52,652 bases of DNA from Deltaproteobacteria bacterium (GTDB lineage Bacteria > Desulfobacterota > Desulfomonilia > UBA1062), in contig DSAD01000216.1 in assembly GCA_011372875.1 (NCBI GenBank), forward strand, positions 1-52,652, given 5' to 3'. Below, one piece after another: positions 7,286 through 14,863 of this stretch. The notes beneath the pieces are model-generated. The model searched no databases. It was not told where the DNA came from and was given only the letters and a program-made list of their open reading frames with translations. A program made the translations under genes and the position numbers. The stretch's first letter is position 1, and every line of letters begins with the position of its first letter.

Positions 7286-8716
7286 CTAGAACAGTTCCAC
7301 ATTATCCCCGAAACCGTCTTCGGTATCTTCTGTGTCTGTTTTCACTGCAGTATCGGTATGTTTGAGATTTTTCTGGTGCCGCATATGGATATCCCGTTCA
7401 CTCTTCATGGTATAGAGGGTGTCGAGGTCTTTCAAGTAGACTTTCCGATCCTGCCGGTCTTCGCCGGGGTTTGTTCTTGCCGCTTCTGAGAGTAATGTAT
7501 TCATGGCATTGCATGCCTCATTGAGAACGGTCTCTACCTTTTCCTGCACCCGTATCTCTGAGATGCTGGTGTGAATGTCCGCCATGAGGGATTTCCCGAG
7601 GGAGTTCATCTCTTTGATGATTGCCAGGACACTGTCATTGACTTCATGAAGCGAAGTGACGATGCCCTGAAGGTTCTCCACCATCTCTTTGACCTGATCC
7701 TCCTGTGTATGCTGGATCTCTGCAAGGTCTGAATCAAAACCCTTTGCAATATCGACAAGTGACTCGAGCATTTCCGAGAGGTCCTTTGTGTGGCCGCGGG
7801 AATTCTTGGAAAGATCGTAGATCCCGCCGGAGATGATATCCAGGGCCGCGCCCTCGTTCCCTATATGGGCGGCTTTTATACGGGCATTAAGTGCAATAAG
7901 CTGAAGATTCTGTCCCATAAATTCAATCTCCTTTATAAATACAGACATCTCGGAAACCATGTCGCTTAACGAGGTCATGGTCTGGGTCAATCTCATCTGC
8001 TCCCGGATGTTCTCTTCAAGGCGCTTCATGACACTGGTGATTCCGGAATCGATCTCCTCCATGAAACCCAGACCCTCGATATCGGATGCCCATGCTACAC
8101 GCTGCGTTTCCTCAAGGATCCACTCAACGTTGCCGGTAAGATTTTTCAGGTTTTCAAGGATCTTCTCGACTGCATCGGTAAGATCAGTACGCGACTGATG
8201 CAGCTGCTCGATCTGGAGTGAGCAGGCCTGGTCCATCATGGAGGCCATTTCAGGGATGGTATGTTCTCCTGAAGAGATGGCCTCGATAAGCTTATCGAGC
8301 ACTTCTTTTACATGCTCTATCTGCTGGCGGGTAATATCATGGAACTGCAGAGAGGAGACAATATATCCTATGCTTTCAGTGATCTCTTGAGACTTTGTTA
8401 CGATATGCCGTGCAGAGATCATCGCGGTATCATTTTTATTTGCAAGTATTTCATGGTTTGAAACAGTATTATCCAGCAAAGACCGTGCCTGATCGCGCTG
8501 GTTCTTTTCTGAACCTGCAACATCGCCCAGGGCCTGATGAATCTGGCTGAAGAGTTTCTGTGACCCTGCCTTGATATGGGAAGTCTTTTCCTTGATACGT
8601 TCAGACAGCTTCTTTACATCATCCGTAAGGCTGGCAAAGCCCGAGTCGTTACTGAAGACATGGGCGTTCTCAACCTTGGTGAAGAAGCCCAGCATGCTGA
8701 GATTCAAGATGAGCAT
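7286..8716 (-). CDS. Soluble MCP-like protein (methyl-accepting chemotaxis signalling-tip homologue, no TM segment)
   Basis: Residues 271-309, LQLIALNARIKAAHIGNEGAALDIISGGIYDLSKNS, align without gaps to the MCP hairpin tip [34 protein letters not shown]. No hydrophobic TM stretch is present. A GAGGA SD lies 7 nt upstream of the ATG at 8716. Confidence 0.65.
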   Translation of the reverse strand: MLILNLSMLGFFTKVENAHVFSNDSGFASLTDDVKKLSERIKEKTSHIKAGSQKLFSQIHQALGDVAGSEKNQRDQARSLLDNTVSNHEILANKNDTAMISARHIVTKSQEITESIGYIVSSLQFHDITRQQIEHVKEVLDKLIEAISSGEHTIPEMASMMDQACSLQIEQLHQSRTDLTDAVEKILENLKNLTGNVEWILEETQRVAWASDIEGLGFMEEIDSGITSVMKRLEENIREQMRLTQTMTSLSDMVSEMSVFIKEIEFMGQNLQLIALNARIKAAHIGNEGAALDIISGGIYDLSKNSRGHTKDLSEMLESLVDIAKGFDSDLAEIQHTQEDQVKEMVENLQGIVTSLHEVNDSVLAIIKEMNSLGKSLMADIHTSISEIRVQEKVETVLNEACNAMNTLLSEAARTNPGEDRQDRKVYLKDLDTLYTMKSERDIHMRHQKNLKHTDTAVKTDTEDTEDGFGDNVELF

Positions 8717-8896
8717 CTTGAAGTCCTCGAGCTGCGAGTCAGCACTGGTCAGGGTCGAGAGATACTGATGAAGGATGGTAGCGATCCTGGAAAAATGTTC
8801 TTCGGATTTGCCGAGATGATGCTCCAGTGACTGAAGAATCTCGGCAAGCCCTCCAAGAGTTTATTTATACCATACCCTCTTCGGTGAAAAAAATCC

Positions 8897-8924
8897 TTGA
8901 AAAGTACAATTTAAATCTTATAAA
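8897..8924 (+). promoter_or_regulatory. Candidate sigma70 promoter of the Bat/MoxR operon
   Basis: TTGAAA (8897-8902), a 16-nt spacer, then TATAAA (8919-8924). The -10 element ends 29 nt upstream of the MoxR ATG at 8954. This is motif inspection only. Confidence 0.35.
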
Positions 8925-8953
8925 AACGAGTGCTGTCAGGAGGTGATACAGAT

Positions 8954-9934
8954 ATGGATATACAGGAAGTAACCCGCATGGTCGAGCAGGAAAGCGTGGT
9001 CATACGCCAGATAATGGCTCAGATGGAAAAGGTTGTGGTGGGTCAGAGAAACCTTATCGAGAGGATGATTATCGGGCTTTTATGCGACGGTCATCTTCTG
9101 ATCGAGGGGCTTCCGGGCCTTGCCAAGACCACGGCGGTCAAGACGCTCGCCGCAGCAATAAAGACTTCGTTCCAGCGCATACAGTTTACCCCGGATCTTC
9201 TTCCGGCGGATATCCTGGGCACACAGATCTACCGTCCGGACAGGGCTGTCTTTGAGGTGAAAAAGGGTCCCATCTTTCACAATATCATCCTGGCAGACGA
9301 GATCAACCGTGCACCTGCAAAGGTTCAGAGCGCGCTTTTAGAGGCCATGCAGGAAAGGCAGGTCACCATCGGGGAAGAGAGCTATGTGCTGGAGCATCCT
9401 TTCCTTGTTCTTGCAACCCAGAATCCCATCGAACAGGAAGGGACCTATCCGCTTCCCGAGGCGCAGATAGACCGGTTCATGATGAAGATCCGGGTGGATT
9501 ATCCCACGGCTGTCGAGGAAAAGGAGATCATGGAAAGGGTATACAGCGGCGCAACCGAGCATGTAGAAGGTGTTGTCGATGTCTCGCAGATTGCACAGGC
9601 GAGTTCGGTTGTCAGGTCTATCCATATGGAAGAGAAGATAATGGACTATATTGTCAATTTGTGCACTGCAACTAGGCAGAGCGACAAGTTCGGTCTGGAT
9701 ATGTCGTCCATGATCTCCTATGGTGCATCGCCAAGGGCCTCTATCTGGCTGGGGATCGCATCCAGGGCGCATGCGTTTCTCATGGCAAGGGGCTATGTCA
9801 CTCCGCAGGATGTCAAGTCCATGGCACCCGATATCCTGCGGCACAGGATAATATTGAGTTACGAGGCTGAGGCCGAAGGCAAAAGCACCGATGACCTCAT
9901 AGAGGTTCTGCTGGAGAGGATAGAGGTTCCCTGA
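8954..9934 (+). CDS. moxR: MoxR-family AAA+ ATPase (BatI-like)
   Basis: Walker A reads LIEGLPGLAKT and Walker B reads ILADEINRA, followed by QSALLEAMQE. I prefer the ATG at 8954 (MDIQEV) because AGGAGG lies 10 nt upstream. The ORF-track GTG at 8930 has no SD. Confidence 0.9.
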   Translation: MDIQEVTRMVEQESVVIRQIMAQMEKVVVGQRNLIERMIIGLLCDGHLLIEGLPGLAKTTAVKTLAAAIKTSFQRIQFTPDLLPADILGTQIYRPDRAVFEVKKGPIFHNIILADEINRAPAKVQSALLEAMQERQVTIGEESYVLEHPFLVLATQNPIEQEGTYPLPEAQIDRFMMKIRVDYPTAVEEKEIMERVYSGATEHVEGVVDVSQIAQASSVVRSIHMEEKIMDYIVNLCTATRQSDKFGLDMSSMISYGASPRASIWLGIASRAHAFLMARGYVTPQDVKSMAPDILRHRIILSYEAEAEGKSTDDLIEVLLERIEVP

Positions 9935-9935
9935 C

Positions 9936-10817
9936 ATGCTTACACCCGAGGTTCTGGCCAAGATCCAGAGGTTTCACTTCAAGACCAGACACCTGGCAGG
10001 CGAGATATTTGCAGGCCAGTATGAAAGCGCCTTCAAGGGCCAGGGTATGGAATTTGCCGAGGTAAGGGAATATCAGGTGGGCGATGATATCAGAAACATC
10101 GACTGGAATGTATCTGCCAGATATTCCCATCCCTTTGTAAAGGTCTTCCATGAGGAGCGGGAACTCACCGTCATGCTCCTGCTGGATCTTTCCGGTTCCC
10201 ACCTGTTCGGCAGCACAGTCAGGTTCAAGCGCGAGCTGCTGGCGGAGGTGGCGGGCATGCTGGCGTTTCTGGCCATCAGGACGAACGACAAGGTGGGGGC
10301 AGTGCTTTTTTCATCAGGCGTGGCAAAATTCCTCCCGCCGAGAAAGGGCTCTACCAATGTGTGGCGCCTTATCAGGGAGATCTTCACCTTTGAACCCGAT
10401 GATCCGGGGACGAATATCGAATCGGCGCTCAACTTCCTCAACAGGTCCGTGAAAAGGCATGCCATCGTCTTCCTCATTTCAGACTGTATGGATACCGGCT
10501 ATGAGAAGTCGCTGCGGCTTACCGCAAAGAAGCACGACCTCACGGTGATACGGATCTTTGATCCTGTTGAAGAGGAGCTTCCTGATGCAGGGTATGTGCG
10601 TATGCGTGACCCGGAAACAGGTGAAGAGGCTGTCATTAATACAGGCAGCAGACGTCTCAGAAAACAGTGGAGTCAGTACAGGGCACAGAGCAGGCAGGCC
10701 CTGCAGAGGCTTACAGGCTCGCTGGGAGTCGACCTGGTGGAGATAGGCACCTCGGGGCCCGTGGTGGAGCCGCTGATGAAACTCTTCGACAGGAGGAGAA
10801 AGAGGCTCAATGCGTGA
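9936..10817 (+). CDS. DUF58 protein (vWA-like MoxR partner)
   Basis: The signature FAEVREYQVGDDIRNIDWNVSAR is followed by LLLDLSGS. The gene starts 2 nt after the moxR stop. Confidence 0.85.
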   Translation: MLTPEVLAKIQRFHFKTRHLAGEIFAGQYESAFKGQGMEFAEVREYQVGDDIRNIDWNVSARYSHPFVKVFHEERELTVMLLLDLSGSHLFGSTVRFKRELLAEVAGMLAFLAIRTNDKVGAVLFSSGVAKFLPPRKGSTNVWRLIREIFTFEPDDPGTNIESALNFLNRSVKRHAIVFLISDCMDTGYEKSLRLTAKKHDLTVIRIFDPVEEELPDAGYVRMRDPETGEEAVINTGSRRLRKQWSQYRAQSRQALQRLTGSLGVDLVEIGTSGPVVEPLMKLFDRRRKRLNA

Positions 10818-10909
10818 TGAAAAAAGGTGCCATGGGCCTGTCTTAACTAAGGCTGCTCCGGGCAGGCCCGTAATCTGGAGATGGGCTCAGGGTATATAGA
10901 ATGAGATCT

Positions 10910-11048
10910 AAGCCCACATGGTTCATTTGACATTGAATAGAACTTGCGGGAGCGGTTTTAGCCGCGATTTTATAGAACAATACAAAAAAATATCGCGGCT
11001 AAAACCGCTCCCACAATTCGGCAGGACAGCCGGATTAGACGCACGAAG
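10910..11048. repeat. REP-like palindromic intergenic element, copy C, inside the Bat operon
   Basis: The left unit is aagcccacatg...ttgcgggagcggttttagccgcgat (10910-10968). The right core is atcgcggctaaaaccgctcccacaa (10992-11016). It is followed by attcggcaggacagccggattagacgcacgaag, which resembles the reverse complement of the 28-mer module at 4275-4302. Confidence 0.8.
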
Positions 11049-11067
11049 ATACGCCTGGAGGGCAAGG

Positions 11068-12006
11068 GTGATAGAACAGGTGAAAAAGATCAATAGCACA
11101 ATAATAATCCTTCTGCTTCTTCTCTCTCCCCTGGCCGTGATGAGTGCCGATCATGAAAGCGATGCAGGCTCGCTAAGCGTCACAGTGGACAAAGCCGAGG
11201 CAGCGCTTGGCAGCATCATCACCCTGACGCTGGATTATTCGCTCCCCGAAGGGGCATCGATCGGTCAGGACCCTCAGATAAAGGGGCTCGAGGATCTCTC
11301 TGTGGTGGACAGGGACCTTGCGCCGGGAAGGATCGATGTCAAAGTCCTGCTGGATACTCCGCAGGAACTGAAGACCTCCGGGATCGAGCTTGCCTACACA
11401 GACGGTGAAGGCAAAGAGAGTTCTCTCCAGGCGCCGGGCATATCTGTAAGGGTGCTTTCCAACATTGCGCAAAACGAGAAAGAACCGGACATAAAGCCTA
11501 TTCTTGATATCGTCCCCACAAAAAAGGAGTGGGTCAGGTGGTTGATCTGGGGGATGGTCCTGCTGGCAGTTCTGCTTGCAGCGGCTGCAGTAATATTGGC
11601 CCTGAAAAGATGGAGCGCAAGGGGACAGTACGTGCAGGTTACAGACCCTGCGCATATCCTTGCGAAGAGGCAGCTTCATGATCTTGTAAGAGAGCAGCTC
11701 TTTGAAAAGGGTTATCACAAGGAGTTCTATTTCCGCTTCTCTGAGATCATTCGCAGGTATATCGAGGCCACAAAAGGATTCCCTGCTGTGGAATATACCA
11801 CCGAGGAGATCTCCCGCCACCTGGTCCATGACCCGGACAGACAGATGCTTGCACTGCTTCGTCATGCAGACCTGGTCAAGTTTGCCGATGCCTCTGTCTG
11901 TGTGCACGGGAATCAGGAGGAGATAAAGGCGGTATTCGATTATATAGAAAATACGAGTCCGTCGCAGGATGATGCAGACAGATCAGCCCGGGAGAGTGTG
12001 TCATGA
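11068..12006 (+). CDS. Bat-operon membrane protein (signal peptide, BatD-like N-terminal region, one TM, DUF4381-like C-terminus)
   Basis: The ORF-track start at 10918 would read through the REP element. A GTG at 11068 has GGAGG 6 nt upstream and gives MIEQVKKINSTIIILLLLLSPLAVMSA, a signal peptide. The central TM is WLIWGMVLLAVLLAAAAVILAL. The C-terminus reads FYFRFSEIIRRYIE...LVKFA. Confidence 0.6.
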   Translation: MIEQVKKINSTIIILLLLLSPLAVMSADHESDAGSLSVTVDKAEAALGSIITLTLDYSLPEGASIGQDPQIKGLEDLSVVDRDLAPGRIDVKVLLDTPQELKTSGIELAYTDGEGKESSLQAPGISVRVLSNIAQNEKEPDIKPILDIVPTKKEWVRWLIWGMVLLAVLLAAAAVILALKRWSARGQYVQVTDPAHILAKRQLHDLVREQLFEKGYHKEFYFRFSEIIRRYIEATKGFPAVEYTTEEISRHLVHDPDRQMLALLRHADLVKFADASVCVHGNQEEIKAVFDYIENTSPSQDDADRSARESVS

Positions 12007-13001
12007 TGTTCAGGTTCGCCCATCCGCTGGTCCTTTTCGCACTCCTGCTCGCGCTCGCAGCAGCTTGTGCATACAGGTATTTCAGGAAACCCCCTGCCAT
12101 GACATACCCGGCAACATCGAGTCTCCTTCTCATGGCAGGCACTACAGAGAGTCTTATAGCCAGAATTCCGCAGATACTGCGTCTGTGCTGCCTTGTGCTG
12201 CTGATTCTTGCTGCATCACGCCCTCAGCTTTACAATGTATCCAGGGAGGTAACCACCCCGGGGGTCGATATCATGCTGAGCCTCGATACATCAGGCTCCA
12301 TGAGGGCGCTCGATTTTCAGCTCGACGGCAGACCCGTGACCAGGCTCACTGCGGTGAAAAAGGTGGTGAGCGATTTCATAAGCAGGAGGCCGGATGACCG
12401 TATCGGGATCGTGGTGTTCGGTGAGCAGGCCTTTACGCAGGCCCCGCTTACCATGGACAAGGGCCTGCTCCTTACCCTTGTCGAGAAGATGACCATCGGC
12501 ATGGCAGGCGATGCAACCGCGATCGGCACGGCACTTGCGATCGGCGGAAAGAGGCTCAAGGACCTCCCTGCAAAGTCGAAGATCCTGATCCTGCTTACAG
12601 ACGGCAACAGCAATGCCGGGGATGTCACCCCGGCTCAGGCCGCCGAGGCCCTCAAATCCCTGGGTATCAAGGTGTATACAATAGGGGTTGGCGGTAAAGA
12701 GGATGCCCCTTTCGAGGTGAATACCATCTTCGGGAAGAGGATTGTCTACCAGAGGGTGGACCTTGACGAGAAGACCCTCCAGGAGATTGCCGGCCTTACG
12801 GGTGGACGCTATTTCCCGGCCTCCGACACCGATCAGCTCTCCGAGATCTACGACATCATCGATCAAGAGGAAAAGACCGAGGTCAGGGTAAAGGAGTTCT
12901 TTCATTTCAAAGAACTGTACCTCTATTTCCTGATACCCGCCCTGATCCTTCTGGGGCTGGAGATCATCTTTAAGATGACTATTGTGAAGGTGGTGCCATG
13001 A
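12003..13001 (+). CDS. batA: vWA-domain membrane protein, BatA-like
   Basis: It has N- and C-terminal TM segments and the MIDAS motif DIMLSLDTSGSM, plus LLTDGNSN. An ATGA overlap links it to the upstream gene. Confidence 0.85.
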   Translation: MMFRFAHPLVLFALLLALAAACAYRYFRKPPAMTYPATSSLLLMAGTTESLIARIPQILRLCCLVLLILAASRPQLYNVSREVTTPGVDIMLSLDTSGSMRALDFQLDGRPVTRLTAVKKVVSDFISRRPDDRIGIVVFGEQAFTQAPLTMDKGLLLTLVEKMTIGMAGDATAIGTALAIGGKRLKDLPAKSKILILLTDGNSNAGDVTPAQAAEALKSLGIKVYTIGVGGKEDAPFEVNTIFGKRIVYQRVDLDEKTLQEIAGLTGGRYFPASDTDQLSEIYDIIDQEEKTEVRVKEFFHFKELYLYFLIPALILLGLEIIFKMTIVKVVP

Positions 13002-14008
13002 GCTTTGCGCGTCCGGAACTGCTTCATCTCCTCATGCTCGTGCCCATTGTCGGCCTTGCCCTGATAATACAGGTCCGGATGCGGGACAGTGCAATGAGAA
13101 GATTTGTCTCCCCCGAAATGATCGAGAGGCTGGCCGGGAGGGCTTCCGGCGGTGCCGTGTTCACCAAGGCCCTCTTTCTTCTGCTTGGGGCCTGCTGCAT
13201 GCTTGTCGCCCTTGCCGGGCCACGCTTCGGATCCCATTATGAAGAGGTCTCCCGCAAGGGAGTGGATATCATGGTTGCTGTTGATACGTCCGCGAGCATG
13301 CTGGTTGAAGATGTTTCACCGAACAGGCTTGAACGTGCGAAAAGAGAGGTGTACGACCTTCTTCGCGTGATCAGTGGCGACCGGATCGGTCTTGTTGCAT
13401 TTTCAGGCGCAGCCTATATCCAGTGTCCGCTCACGCTCGACTATGCAGCGATAGAGATGTTTGTGGGCCAGCTTGCACAGGACATTGTGCCGGTTGCCGG
13501 TACCGATATCGGTGCAGCCATAGAGACCGCCCTTTCCGGCTTTGATGCCGGGTCGAGGACGGATAAAGTGATCATCCTCATCACGGACGGGGAAGACAAC
13601 GAGGGCAGGGGGCTGTCTGCAGCACGCAAGGCGTCTGAACAAGGCGTGAAGATCTTTGTCTTCGGTATAGGCGAGGCCTCGGGAGAGCCGGTACCTTTAT
13701 CGAACGGCTCGGGAGGGTTCCGCAAGGATGATAACGACCGGATCGTTGTCTCAAGGCTCGATGAGGAAGGACTGAGAAGGATTGCACAGACAACCGGCGG
13801 GGAGTATGTAAAGGCACTGAGCGGGGATCTTGACCTTGATCTGCTTTATTTCTCGGGGATAAAAAAGAGCACGGTCGAGACCGAGCTTTCGAGCCGCAAG
13901 GTCAAGGTGTATCATGAAAGGTTCCAGATCTTTGTGTTTGCGGCATTTTGCCTGTTGCTGCTCGAAGGGGTGCTCAACGAACGGAGACCGGCGGGGTTCA
14001 AGGCATGA
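12998..14008 (+). CDS. batB: vWA-domain membrane protein, BatB-like
   Basis: The MIDAS motif is DIMVAVDTSASM, with ILITDGEDNEG further on. TM segments lie at both ends. It overlaps batA by 4 nt. Confidence 0.85.
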   Translation: MSFARPELLHLLMLVPIVGLALIIQVRMRDSAMRRFVSPEMIERLAGRASGGAVFTKALFLLLGACCMLVALAGPRFGSHYEEVSRKGVDIMVAVDTSASMLVEDVSPNRLERAKREVYDLLRVISGDRIGLVAFSGAAYIQCPLTLDYAAIEMFVGQLAQDIVPVAGTDIGAAIETALSGFDAGSRTDKVIILITDGEDNEGRGLSAARKASEQGVKIFVFGIGEASGEPVPLSNGSGGFRKDDNDRIVVSRLDEEGLRRIAQTTGGEYVKALSGDLDLDLLYFSGIKKSTVETELSSRKVKVYHERFQIFVFAAFCLLLLEGVLNERRPAGFKA

Positions 14009-14862
14009 AACAGGATGGAATAAGTATATCAAGGCTTGGATTATGCTTTGTTCTGTTCATTCTCGTTGCCGACCCTGTGCTTGGCGAGACCGGCCCGGAC
14101 GAGCTGTACCGCCAGGGGAAGTATGCGCAGGCCCAAGACGGATACTCCCGGCTGGACATGGATAACCCTGGCGACATCAGGTTCCGCTACAACAAGGGGT
14201 GCGCCGCGTATCAGGCGCAGGACTATGATTCCGCAAGGGCTGCCTTCTCTAGCGCACTGCACAGGGCCGGCGATGACGACATGAGATTCAGGACCCTGTA
14301 CAATCTGGGCAACACGGCATACAGGCAGGGCGATTTTTCCTCTGCCGCCGGGTACTACAAGGATGCGATAGTGATTGATCCGGGCAGCAGCGACGCGCGG
14401 TACAATCTTGAGCTTGCCCTTGCTGCCGAGAAAAGTCAGCAGCCGTCCCCAGAAGATGAGCCAGGCGGTGATCAGAAAGACGGTTCGCAGCAGGACAAGG
14501 CTTCTGATAACGGCAAGAAACAGGACGCCTCGGATGACGGAACTGCAGGCGATTCTCAGGGTGATCAGTCTGAAAAGGATGCGGAGAAAAAAGCCCGGGA
14601 TCAGGAAAAAGCTGATGAAGGCCCTGATGAAAGTCGGGCAGCAGGAGCAGATGAGGGTGAAGAACCAGACGATCTCTCAGGCGAGCTGACCGGGCCTAAG
14701 GGCGGTGCAGGGGCCATGCAGCCTGATCAGGGCGAGACGGGAAGCAGCTCCATGGATGAGCGGCGGGCAAAGGCGCTGCTGGATAATATCACTGAAGACC
14801 GTTCCCGGTTATACCGTCATGAGGGCGGACGCTCAGGGCCGGCCTCGGGCAAGGACTGGTGA
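14005..14862 (+). CDS. batC: TPR protein with an acidic low-complexity tail, BatC-like
   Basis: I prefer the start at MKQDG (ATG at 14005, ATGA overlap with the batB stop), which gives a signal or TM segment LGLCFVLFILVADPVLG. Three TPR-like repeats follow. The C-terminal region is rich in D, E, K and Q. Confidence 0.75.
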   Translation: MKQDGISISRLGLCFVLFILVADPVLGETGPDELYRQGKYAQAQDGYSRLDMDNPGDIRFRYNKGCAAYQAQDYDSARAAFSSALHRAGDDDMRFRTLYNLGNTAYRQGDFSSAAGYYKDAIVIDPGSSDARYNLELALAAEKSQQPSPEDEPGGDQKDGSQQDKASDNGKKQDASDDGTAGDSQGDQSEKDAEKKARDQEKADEGPDESRAAGADEGEEPDDLSGELTGPKGGAGAMQPDQGETGSSSMDERRAKALLDNITEDRSRLYRHEGGRSGPASGKDW

Positions 14863-14863
14863 C

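Noticed and set aside
7286-8716. Possibility that the MCP-like protein is a transmembrane receptor with a missing N-terminal sensor.
   Set aside because: No hydrophobic segment long enough for a TM helix is present anywhere in the 476 aa or in the 48-codon upstream open frame. I treat it as a soluble protein. The possible 5' truncation is recorded as a separate low-interest finding.
10918-11067. ORF-track N-terminal extensions. They are 10918 (Bat gene 3), 28631 (glnS), 14705 (batD), 13948 (batC), 30129 (atpB), 20444 (copA), 49592 (PEP-CTERM gene) and 51330/51883 (acyltransferases).
   Set aside because: The extensions run through REP elements, a terminator hairpin or the preceding gene. They produce Arg/Pro-rich non-homologous N-termini. 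Internal starts with SD sequences and proper signal peptides or conserved N-termini exist in every case.
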